Source: Magnetococcales bacterium
GTDB taxonomy: Bacteria > Pseudomonadota > Magnetococcia > Magnetococcales > JADFYX01
Assembly (NCBI GenBank): GCA_015231305.1
Contig: JADGBW010000001.1
Span: forward strand, 46,190-110,189
Length of the DNA stretch: 64,000 nt
Reading direction: 5' to 3'
This document shows, one piece after another, positions 47,495 through 56,645 of the stretch. The notes under the pieces are model-generated. The model was given only the letters and a program-made list of their open reading frames with translations, ran no database searches and had not been told where the DNA came from. The stretch's first letter is position 1, and the number at the start of each line of letters is the position of its first letter. The position numbers and the translations under genes are program-made.

Positions 47495-50400
47495 ATGAAT
47501 AAAATCCCCTTTCATATAGCAAAAAACCTTGGCTTTGGCTTCCTTTTTCTGGTGCTAATGGTTTTGCTTTCCTTCTCATACCAATATCAAAAAGAGTCCG
47601 CAAGCGAGCTAAATATAATAATTGAAAAAATTGTACCAAAAGAAAAGCAACTACAAAGAATAAATGAACACCTTAATACTGCTATCCAAGATTTTCAGAT
47701 CTACAAACGATTAGATAAAGTGACAACAGAAGACGTTCTAATGCCGTTGAACGCCTTACGCACAAAAATTTTTCAACTTGAAAAACAGTTAGCCACTCAC
47801 GATGAAAGTTTCATACCTAATAGCTTTATAAAACCTATCAATATTATCCGCATTTCCTTTCTTGCACATATCGAAGAGTTTAACAGTACGGGAGATCCTA
47901 CTAATGATATTAATGCATCTTTATTAGATAAAATAGCGGACAAATCTTCCACTCTTCGAGAAAATTTTAAGTTGCTGTTTGTGAGAAGCTCGACAACAGA
48001 TATTTCTGAAAAGACTCTTAAAATAATAAACTCCTGCTCCAAATTGTTGAGCATTTTGGATGAAGAGTTAAGACTATATTTAGCCCAAGAGCATTTACGC
48101 TTAGACGGAGCAAAAAAAGCCACTAAGATAGCAATTAAGCTACTAGAAAACTTGCATTTAGTTGAATTGTTAAGCAACGAGGAATTTAGTACAGATAAAG
48201 ACAATAAAATTTCTGTTTTGGTTACAAGATTAACCAGAAACCTAAAAAAATTTCTTATTGGTTTAACACATTATACTGAAGAAGAGAAAGAGAGTGGCGG
48301 TCAGACTGATACACTATACGAGATAGAAAATCGTATTAACCTGCTGTGGGAAGAAGCATCTTTGGATCTAGATACTATTAACTTGTATTTAGATAATTAT
48401 GTAGAATCTTCCCATAAACACCTTGCTGAACACCATGCAGATCGTACTGTGGATCTACTGTGGAATTCAGGCTTCGCCCTTTTTCTTATATTAACTATTT
48501 CTACCTTTCTTGGCAGAAGCCTAAACCAACGCATAAACGTTTTAACCATTGGAGCCAAAGCTTTTTCTGAAGGTCTATCTGATCACCGCATTACCCTCAA
48601 CACAAACGACGCTTTTTCAGAACTTGCAGATGTTTTTAACCAGATGGCTTCGGAAAGAAAACGCTATGAAGAGAGCCTTCAAACTGAAAAAAACTATGTG
48701 AATGATATAATTGAAAACTCCATGAACATGATTATCTCCGTTGATAAAAACAAACGGATTGTAGTGTTCAACCAAACTGCCCAAGAGACATTTGGATATA
48801 GTTTGCAAGAGGTACGTGGTAAGGCAAGCTCTTTGCTATACTATGATAATGAATTTCAAGATCAAGTAAGCAAAGATCTTAAGTCAAAAGGCCGTTTTAG
48901 TGGAGAGATAATTAACAAACGCAAAAATGGAGAACCGTTTTCATCTTATCTTAATGCTGTAGTACTGTTAGACAAAGACGGTAATTTTAATGGTGTAGTT
49001 GGTAATTCACGTGAGATTACTGAAGAAAAAGAGATAGAGACAGTACGTTTGCAAAAAGATGCAGCAGAAGCTGCAAGTGCTACTAAAAGTGAATTTTTAG
49101 CCAACATGAGCCATGAAATCCGCACCCCTATGAATGCTATAATAGGCTTGTCTGATATAGCATTAGGCATGGACATGCCACCTCGATTACATGATTATTT
49201 AAATAAAATAAATAACGCGTCACAATCACTATTACGCATAATAAATGATATACTAGATTTTTCTAAGATAGAGGCTGGAAAACTAGATTTAGAACCCCAT
49301 GATTTTATGCTTCGCGATATCTTCGAACAACTGTCAGCTCTTTTTCAAGACCGTGAAAATGATGGTGATGTAGAACTAATAATAAACATCTCTAAAGAGT
49401 GCCGTTATGCGTTAAATGGTGACTCTTTACGTCTTGAGCAGATCCTCATCAATTTATTAAACAATGCAATAAAGTTTACCCATGTAGGTGAGGTTGAAGT
49501 TTCTGTTTCGACCTTAGAGCAACTACCTGATAAGACTAAAAGCGGCCCTATTGTTCTGCAATTTTCAATTAGAGATACCGGAATTGGCATGACCCAAAAA
49601 CAGATTGAAAATCTTTTCCAATCTTTCCAACAAGCAGACTCTTCAACCACCAGAAAGTATGGAGGCACAGGTCTTGGTTTAACCATTAGTAAGCGGTTAA
49701 CACAGATAATGGGAGGTCGGATATGGGTAGAGAGTATACCAGAAGAAGGCAGCACATTCCATTTTACTGTAACTATGCTAAGACGACCTAATGCAGAAGA
49801 TAAACAAGACTTAATACCACCTATAGATATGCAACATTTAAAAGTAATGGTTGTAGATGATAGCCTAACTTCTTTAAAATCACTAAAATCGACACTAGAG
49901 CTATTTTCTTTTGATGTAACAACGGTTTTAAATGGTAAAGAAGCTATTATAGCTGCGAAAGAAGGAGTTACTTTAAAAGTACCTTATCAACTAATTATTG
50001 TGGATTGGTTGATGCCAGAAATGGATGGTTTAAAAACAGTTATTCAACTAATAAATGCTACCAATGCACAAGTTGATAAACCAAGAACAATTTTATTAAC
50101 TACAAACAAACAAGATGAAGAGATGATTAAACTAGGCAAAAATGCAGGGGTTGATGCTTTTTTGCCTAAACCAATAAATTGTTCCCGACTATATTATACT
50201 ATATTAGATATTTTTGGCAAAAAGGTAGTAGAAAAATACCACTCGCGAAGGGATGATATAGATAAAAAAATAATAATAGAAAATATAGCAGGTGCTCGTA
50301 TTCTATTAGTAGAAGACAATCCAATTAACCGCCAAGTAGCAGATGAAGTTTTAAAGGGCGTTGGCATTGTGGCAGATATGGCAGAAGATGGTGTACAAGC

Positions 50401-51355
50401 TGTAAAAATGGTGTATGAAAAGCAATATGATGCTGTATTAATGGATATCCAAATGCCCAATATGGACGGCCATACAGCAACTGTAAAAATAAGATCAGAT
50501 GAACGTTTTGCCAACCTACCAATTATCGCTATGACAGCACATGCTATGAAAGGAGATAGAGATAAAAGTATAGCTCATGGTATGAACGATCATATTGTAA
50601 AACCTATTGATAAAAAACAGCTGTTTAACACCATTACAAAATGGATAACCAATAAAAAACAGATTAAACCAGTTATTCCAATTATTCCAAATAATAAAAC
50701 AACAAATGACAATGGAGCTAAACTGCCAGATTCACTACCAGGAATAGATTTAAAATCTGTCCTTATACGCCTCAATAATAACCATAAGTTATGCAAATCA
50801 ATATTATTTGAATTTCATAAAGATTTTACAACAGCTGCAAAAGATATTCGCAACCTACTTGAAACAAAACAACCCAATGACCTTAAAGATGCTCTAAATA
50901 TTGCTCACTCTGTAAAAGGTATTGTTGGCAACTTCTCAGCAAAAAATTTATATAACTCTGTCCATGCATTAGAAATTGCTATCAAAGAAAAACGATATGA
51001 AGAACTACCAGACCTAGTAGATGGATTTGAGATATTCTTAAACGAAGTTATAAAATCTATTGAAGTTGTAAAAAAGAGAGAAGATGAAGCTACTTTTAAG
51101 GAACCGAAAGTAAATTGTGACTCAGAACCATTCAATATAGATATTATAACAACACTGCTTAAAGAGTTGAAAAAAGGGTTAGTTAACTCTAACTTCCAAT
51201 CACAGGAAATATTTGATACCTTAAAGCCGAAACTTGTAGGAACTGGAGCCGGAGATGATGTTGCTAAACTAGAAGAATCAATTGATCAACTTGATTTTCA
51301 AAAAGCGTTGATTCAATTATCTGCTATTGCAAGAAAACTAAATACCACTATATAG
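47495..51355 (+). CDS. Hybrid sensor histidine kinase (TM-sensor, HAMP, PAS, HisKA, HATPase_c, REC, REC, HPt)
   Basis: FLANMSHEIRTPMNAI is the H-box. NLLNNAIKFT, DTGIGM and GGTGLGLTISK follow. The two receivers show MVVDD...IIVDWLMPEMDG and LLVEDNPINR...VLMDIQMPNMDG. The HPt motif is AHSVKGIVGNF. Confidence 0.9.
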   Translation: MNKIPFHIAKNLGFGFLFLVLMVLLSFSYQYQKESASELNIIIEKIVPKEKQLQRINEHLNTAIQDFQIYKRLDKVTTEDVLMPLNALRTKIFQLEKQLATHDESFIPNSFIKPINIIRISFLAHIEEFNSTGDPTNDINASLLDKIADKSSTLRENFKLLFVRSSTTDISEKTLKIINSCSKLLSILDEELRLYLAQEHLRLDGAKKATKIAIKLLENLHLVELLSNEEFSTDKDNKISVLVTRLTRNLKKFLIGLTHYTEEEKESGGQTDTLYEIENRINLLWEEASLDLDTINLYLDNYVESSHKHLAEHHADRTVDLLWNSGFALFLILTISTFLGRSLNQRINVLTIGAKAFSEGLSDHRITLNTNDAFSELADVFNQMASERKRYEESLQTEKNYVNDIIENSMNMIISVDKNKRIVVFNQTAQETFGYSLQEVRGKASSLLYYDNEFQDQVSKDLKSKGRFSGEIINKRKNGEPFSSYLNAVVLLDKDGNFNGVVGNSREITEEKEIETVRLQKDAAEAASATKSEFLANMSHEIRTPMNAIIGLSDIALGMDMPPRLHDYLNKINNASQSLLRIINDILDFSKIEAGKLDLEPHDFMLRDIFEQLSALFQDRENDGDVELIINISKECRYALNGDSLRLEQILINLLNNAIKFTHVGEVEVSVSTLEQLPDKTKSGPIVLQFSIRDTGIGMTQKQIENLFQSFQQADSSTTRKYGGTGLGLTISKRLTQIMGGRIWVESIPEEGSTFHFTVTMLRRPNAEDKQDLIPPIDMQHLKVMVVDDSLTSLKSLKSTLELFSFDVTTVLNGKEAIIAAKEGVTLKVPYQLIIVDWLMPEMDGLKTVIQLINATNAQVDKPRTILLTTNKQDEEMIKLGKNAGVDAFLPKPINCSRLYYTILDIFGKKVVEKYHSRRDDIDKKIIIENIAGARILLVEDNPINRQVADEVLKGVGIVADMAEDGVQAVKMVYEKQYDAVLMDIQMPNMDGHTATVKIRSDERFANLPIIAMTAHAMKGDRDKSIAHGMNDHIVKPIDKKQLFNTITKWITNKKQIKPVIPIIPNNKTTNDNGAKLPDSLPGIDLKSVLIRLNNNHKLCKSILFEFHKDFTTAAKDIRNLLETKQPNDLKDALNIAHSVKGIVGNFSAKNLYNSVHALEIAIKEKRYEELPDLVDGFEIFLNEVIKSIEVVKKREDEATFKEPKVNCDSEPFNIDIITTLLKELKKGLVNSNFQSQEIFDTLKPKLVGTGAGDDVAKLEESIDQLDFQKALIQLSAIARKLNTTI

Positions 51356-51480
51356 GATTTTATTTTTTTAAATAAGCCTAAATTCTACATATACATACAG
51401 ACCAACTTTAACCTTTTAAAAGTCATAAAAACACTATATGAATACAAATTTAAAATTTTTTAGAGTTGAGGTGTATTAGA

Positions 51481-52896
51481 ATGGCTGGTATTGAAAAACC
51501 TCTTATTCTTATTGTTGATGATATACCAGGCAACATCAAGACTCTTGCTGCCATCCTTTCTGATAGTTATGAAATTATATTTTCCACAAACGGAGAAGAC
51601 GCACTTACAAAAGCCCAAGATAGACCCATAGATTTGATTCTTCTTGATATATCTATGCCAGGTATGGACGGCTATGAAGTTTGTAGACGATTAAAAGGTA
51701 ATGAACAAACCAGCGATATACCAGTTATATTTGTTACAGCAAAACAAGAATCTTTCAATGAGACCATGGGATTTGAGGTAGGTGCGGTTGATTATATAAC
51801 CAAGCCTATTAGCCCGCCAGTAGTAAAAATTAGAATACATACCCAACTACAAAATAGAGAGTTAAACCGTAGCTTAGCTCAATCCAACCAATTTATTCGT
51901 AAAACATTTGGCCGCTATATGTCTGATGAGGTGGTAGAGAGTATTTTGGACACACCAGAAGGGTTACGCTTGGGTGGTGAGAAAAAATTAGTTACAGTCA
52001 TGATGAGCGACCTTCGTGGCTTCACAGCCATGGGTGAGAGGTTAACACCTGAAGAGGTCATCTCCATGCTTAATATTTATTTGGAAATCATGACCGAGGT
52101 CATACTAAAATATCAGGGAACAATAATTGAATTTTTGGGTGATGGTATTCTTGCTCTTTTTGGTGCGCCAATTACAAGAGATGATGATGCTCAAAGAGCC
52201 ATGGCATGCGTTTTAGAGATGCAGTTAGTAATGTCTCAAGTCAACAAAAAATTCCGTGAAAAAGGTTTTGAAGAGGTTACAATGGGCTGTGGAGTAGACA
52301 CAGGCTATGTTGTGGCCGGAAATATAGGGTCTGACTTAAGAAGTAAATATGGGGTAGTAGGAAACACTATTAACTTAGCTGCACGCATAGAGTCATTTAC
52401 TGTTGGTGGTCAAATACTTATTACAGAAAATACCATGAAAGCTTGCAGTGCTACATTGCGGATAGATGATCAATGGCAAGTTAGTGCTAAAGGCGTTGAA
52501 CATACCTTAACCGTTTATCATGTGGGAGGAATTGAAGAGCCATATAATATTCAACTTAAAAAACAAGACAATATTAAACCACATCATGTAAAAGAAGGGC
52601 TGACAGTAAGGCTGACAATTCTAGAAGGTAAACGTGTAAACCAAAGAGCACATGATGGCAAAATAACAGCACTACTTCCTTCACTAATAGTTATAAAAAC
52701 AGAGTTATCTGCAAGAAGGTTAACCAACCTAAAAGTTGAACTTTTAGACAAACAAGGGGCAACTATAACAAACCAACTTTATGGTAAAGTAGTTGGGCAA
52801 GAAGAAAAAACAGGTTATATACAAGTGCAATTGACTTCTATTCCACCAGAGGCCAGCAAGGCTTTACAAAATTTGTTAAATACTGAAACAATTTAA
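51481..52896 (+). CDS. Response regulator with class III adenylate/guanylate cyclase output domain
   Basis: The REC domain shows ILIVDD...LILLDISMPGMDG. The cyclase domain shows VTVMMSDLRGFT, EFLGDGILALFGAP, GNIGS and GNTINLAARIES. A ~110-aa C-terminal domain is unassigned. The track start is TTG 51466; ATG 51481 has GAGGTG upstream. Confidence 0.85.
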   Translation: MAGIEKPLILIVDDIPGNIKTLAAILSDSYEIIFSTNGEDALTKAQDRPIDLILLDISMPGMDGYEVCRRLKGNEQTSDIPVIFVTAKQESFNETMGFEVGAVDYITKPISPPVVKIRIHTQLQNRELNRSLAQSNQFIRKTFGRYMSDEVVESILDTPEGLRLGGEKKLVTVMMSDLRGFTAMGERLTPEEVISMLNIYLEIMTEVILKYQGTIIEFLGDGILALFGAPITRDDDAQRAMACVLEMQLVMSQVNKKFREKGFEEVTMGCGVDTGYVVAGNIGSDLRSKYGVVGNTINLAARIESFTVGGQILITENTMKACSATLRIDDQWQVSAKGVEHTLTVYHVGGIEEPYNIQLKKQDNIKPHHVKEGLTVRLTILEGKRVNQRAHDGKITALLPSLIVIKTELSARRLTNLKVELLDKQGATITNQLYGKVVGQEEKTGYIQVQLTSIPPEASKALQNLLNTETI

Positions 52897-53054
52897 TAAA
52901 CTACCTTTTTTTAAAAAACTTACAGCTATTATTGTCACACAAGTATAGGTATTGACTTAAAAATAGCACCAACTCTCTTTACAAGTTAAGAAAACTACCA
53001 GCTTTTTAGAAAACGTAATAACTAACTCAAAATAAAAAAACTGACCATAATTTA

Positions 53055-53273
53055 ATAATCCTAGATTCGGCAGTTGGCGGTGCGTGCATGGCGTAAGATA
53101 TTGGTTTATCTGGTGTATTTGGGGAAATCGCAGTCACCTTGTTGGTGATAAGATTTTCCCCAAATATGCCAGGTGAATCAATGGCTTGCGTCAGGTGCGT
53201 GGCGACAACTGCTGGATCTAGGATAATGGTAGTTCCCGCAACTCACCACCAACTGCTGCAACTAGGATAATCC
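53055..53273 (+). repeat. Structured repeat, copy A (long imperfect hairpin of ~173 nt plus a duplicated terminal segment)
   Basis: ATAATCCTAGATTCGGCAGTTG (53055-) pairs with CAACTGCTGGATCTAGGATAAT (53206-53227). The inner arms pair with many G-T (G-U) positions. The apex is GCAGTCACCTTGTTGGTGATAAG (53130-53152). The right end recurs at 53250-53273. Confidence 0.65.
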
Positions 53274-53331
53274 TTGTGACATTACCAATTTCATGGATAT
53301 ATAGTACAATCTTCTTCTATAAGAAATATCC

Positions 53332-55782
53332 ATGGTTAAGGTTAAAAAAATGAATAACAACCAAGCAACTATAACAATTCCAATCTCAGGTATGTCATGT
53401 GCCTCATGCTCTGGTCGAGTAGAGAAAAAACTAAAAAGCTTGGATGGAGTAATAAAAGTATCTGTTAATCTTACAACAGCAAAAGCTACAGCTACCGGAG
53501 CCATGACTGTGGATTCTATGTTAGCTGCTGTTAAAGAGGCAGGGTATGAAGTTCCTACCATTTCTGCAACATACACCATACAGGGGCTATCTTGTGCTTC
53601 ATGTGTTGGAAGAACTGAAAAGGCTTTTCATGATATTCCCGGAGTTGCCAATGCTCAGGTAAACTTAGCCACTCGTAAAGCTACTGTTAAGTTTGTGCCA
53701 GATACAGTTAGCTTTTCTATTTTGCAAGAAAAAATTGACGAAATTGGTTTTAAATTAGGGGAAATAAGAGGAGATGAAACTCCAAAAGATTTAGCAGAAG
53801 AGGAACGCCTTCAAGAGCATAGAGAGATAAAAAAACGATTAACAATTGGTGGCATATTGGTTGTTGCTACTTTCATAATAATGCATTGGCAAAATTTAGG
53901 CTTGGATTCAATTATTGAAATTCCACGTCAGCTTAACTATTGGTTGCAATGCTTGCTTATTTCCCCAGTTCAATTTTGGGTGGGTAGATATTTCCATCAA
54001 AGTGCTTGGGCAATGGCTAAGCACGGTTCTGCCAACATGCATACTTTAGTAACAGTAGGTACTTTTTCTGCTTATATATACTCCCTATTAGTACTCTTGG
54101 TTCCTAGTCTGTTTATAGCTAAAGGGGTTGCAGCAGAGGTATATTTTGATACATCTGGGTCAATAATTGTTCTTATTCTACTCGGTCGTTTTTTAGAAAA
54201 CCGCGCCAAAGGCCGAACTTCTCAAGCAATCCGCAAGCTTATTGGTCTCTCTCCTAAAACCGCGCGGGTAATTAAAAGCAAAAAAGAGGTAGATATTTCA
54301 TTAGCTGAGGTTTTGGTTGGCGATATTGTAGTTGTACGGCCTGGAGAAAAAATACCTGTTGATGGAGTGGTTAAAGAAGGCAGCTCTTTGGTTGATGAGT
54401 CTATGTTAACTGGTGAGCCACTAGGGGTTAGTAAAAAGCCTGGAGATGAGGTAGTTGGAGGAACTATAAATAATAGTGGCTCTTTTAAATTTACCACCAC
54501 AAAAATTGGCAACGATACTGTTTTGGCACAAATTGTTACCATGGTGCAGCAAGCCCAAGGAGCAAAACCACCCATAGCTCGCTTAGCAGATAAAATAGCC
54601 TCAGTTTTTGTACCAGTTGTAATAGGCATTGCCACAACTACATTTTTTATATGGTGGCTTTTTGGTCCCGAACCACCTCTTACCTATGCGCTTTTAAACT
54701 TTGTATCAGTGTTGATTATAGCTTGTCCCTGTGCCTTGGGGCTAGCCACACCTACTTCTATAATGGTTGGTACTGGTAAGGGTGCTGAGAACGGTATTTT
54801 AATTCGCGGTGGAGAGTCATTAGAGATAGCCCACAAGCTAGATACAGTAGTTTTTGATAAAACAGGAACCCTTACAAAAGGCAAACCTGTTGTAACCGAT
54901 TGGAGTGGCGATGATGATAACCTTGCTATTTTAATAAGTGCTGAAAAAAATTCTGAGCACCCCATAGCAGAGGCCATTGTGGCTCATGGAGTTGAGAAGA
55001 AACTTTCACTTGGCAAGGTAGAGTCATTTATTGCAAATTCTGGCAAAGGTATAACAGCTACTGTTGATGGTCGTCGTGTACTGGCCGGAACAAGGCTTTT
55101 AATGGATGAAGCCGGAATAGATATAACCATGCACCTAGAAACTATGACAAAATTTGAAAACCAGGCAAAGACAGCAATTATTGCTGCTGTTGATGGCATA
55201 GCTGTAGGTGTTTTAGCTGTAGCAGATACCGTTAAAAAAGAGAGTAAAGAAGGGATTGATAAACTAAAAAACATGGGCATAGAGGTTATTATGCTCACAG
55301 GTGACAATCAACGTACTGCTCATGCTATTGCAGAGCAACTTGGTATTGATAAAATTGTGGCAGAAGTATTACCAACTAATAAATCAGAAGAGATAGAACT
55401 GCTGCAAGCTAGTGGCAAAGTTGTAGCCATGGTTGGTGATGGAATAAATGATGCCCCTGCCCTTGCTCGTGCTGATGTTGGTATTGCTATTGGTACAGGA
55501 ACTGATGTCGCTATGGAGTCAGCAGATATAACCCTTATGCGTGGTGACCCCCGTAGTGTTGCTATAGCAATTCAGCTCTCTCGTGCTACCATAACAAATA
55601 TAAAACAGAATCTTTTTTGGGCCTTTGCATATAATATTATCTTAATCCCATTAGCTGCTGGAGTGTGGTTCCCATTGTTTGGAGTTTTACTCTCACCAAT
55701 TTTTGCTGCTTCTGCCATGGGTCTATCAAGTGTTACTGTAGTTAGTAATGCCTTGCGACTTAAAAATTTCAAACCAAATTAA
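53332..55782 (+). CDS. copA: Copper-translocating P1B-type ATPase
   Basis: There are two HMA domains (GMSCASC, GLSCASC). CPC sits in a TM helix ([13 protein letters not shown]). DKTGTLT and GDGINDAP are present. The start could be 53332 or 53350. Confidence 0.9.
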   Translation: MVKVKKMNNNQATITIPISGMSCASCSGRVEKKLKSLDGVIKVSVNLTTAKATATGAMTVDSMLAAVKEAGYEVPTISATYTIQGLSCASCVGRTEKAFHDIPGVANAQVNLATRKATVKFVPDTVSFSILQEKIDEIGFKLGEIRGDETPKDLAEEERLQEHREIKKRLTIGGILVVATFIIMHWQNLGLDSIIEIPRQLNYWLQCLLISPVQFWVGRYFHQSAWAMAKHGSANMHTLVTVGTFSAYIYSLLVLLVPSLFIAKGVAAEVYFDTSGSIIVLILLGRFLENRAKGRTSQAIRKLIGLSPKTARVIKSKKEVDISLAEVLVGDIVVVRPGEKIPVDGVVKEGSSLVDESMLTGEPLGVSKKPGDEVVGGTINNSGSFKFTTTKIGNDTVLAQIVTMVQQAQGAKPPIARLADKIASVFVPVVIGIATTTFFIWWLFGPEPPLTYALLNFVSVLIIACPCALGLATPTSIMVGTGKGAENGILIRGGESLEIAHKLDTVVFDKTGTLTKGKPVVTDWSGDDDNLAILISAEKNSEHPIAEAIVAHGVEKKLSLGKVESFIANSGKGITATVDGRRVLAGTRLLMDEAGIDITMHLETMTKFENQAKTAIIAAVDGIAVGVLAVADTVKKESKEGIDKLKNMGIEVIMLTGDNQRTAHAIAEQLGIDKIVAEVLPTNKSEEIELLQASGKVVAMVGDGINDAPALARADVGIAIGTGTDVAMESADITLMRGDPRSVAIAIQLSRATITNIKQNLFWAFAYNIILIPLAAGVWFPLFGVLLSPIFAASAMGLSSVTVVSNALRLKNFKPN

Positions 55783-55875
55783 TTGAAATTTGACTTTTTT
55801 ATCATCGCTATATATTGCCAACTTCTGAATTTAGAAAAAAACGAAATTTCAAAAAAAGTGGATGAAAAATATAAA

Positions 55876-56589
55876 ATGCTTATTTATTTTGTAGGAACAT
55901 CAAGATCAGGATCAACTTGGCTGTATGAACGTTTTGTTGAGCACCCACAAATTTTACAGCCTGAATTTCATGCAGATGGCAACAACAAAAGCAGCAACTT
56001 TTGGAAAAAAGATATCAACTTTATTAGAAGGTTGGTTAAAGATTTTAAACTGTTTTTTAAAGGTGAGTTTAACTCTGACATTACAGATGGTAGTGGATAT
56101 ATTGCAAAAGAGAATATACTAGAGTTAAAAAAAGCTTTTCCTGATGCAAAGCTAATCTACTGTGTAAGAAACCCTATTAAAATATTTTGGTCCCACGTCC
56201 ACTTTGTTAGCAGTGGGGATGTTAACCTTGAAGTACTAAAAAGCTTTAAAGAGTCACCTGATAACTATTATGAAAATACAAGGCACGATTTAAATATTAC
56301 CCGTTGGGAAGAAATTTTTGAGCAAAAAATATATAAATTTTTCTTTACTGATATCCGTGACAACCCCCAACAAGTTTTAGACGGTCTAGCAAATTATATA
56401 GGTGTAAAACCTTGGCAAGTGGAAGATACAAAATTAAAAGAGAAAATAAATGTATCAAACGCTTCTAAAAATAATAGTATTCCTGAAGATTGTTTAGCGT
56501 GGATGAATGAAAACCAAAAGAGCAACATCGATTGGTGTGAAAATTATTTTAAAAAAGATTTTACACACTGGAGACAAGGGCAGGAATAA
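55876..56589 (+). CDS. Sulfotransferase-family protein
   Basis: VGTSRSGSTWLYERF is 5'-PSB-loop-like and CVRNPIKIFWSHV is 3'-PB-like. The track start TTG 55783 is unlikely; ATG 55876 begins MLIYFVGTSRSG. Confidence 0.6.
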   Translation: MLIYFVGTSRSGSTWLYERFVEHPQILQPEFHADGNNKSSNFWKKDINFIRRLVKDFKLFFKGEFNSDITDGSGYIAKENILELKKAFPDAKLIYCVRNPIKIFWSHVHFVSSGDVNLEVLKSFKESPDNYYENTRHDLNITRWEEIFEQKIYKFFFTDIRDNPQQVLDGLANYIGVKPWQVEDTKLKEKINVSNASKNNSIPEDCLAWMNENQKSNIDWCENYFKKDFTHWRQGQE

Positions 56590-56645
56590 CCCAAGCAAAA
56601 GTAGTTAACATTTAATTTTTTTTAGTTTGTAGCAAAGATAATTTA

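Noticed and set aside
53262-53579. A 105-aa minus-strand ORF overlapping the copA 5' end and repeat copy A
   Set aside because: It is antisense to the HMA domains of copA and is a shadow ORF.
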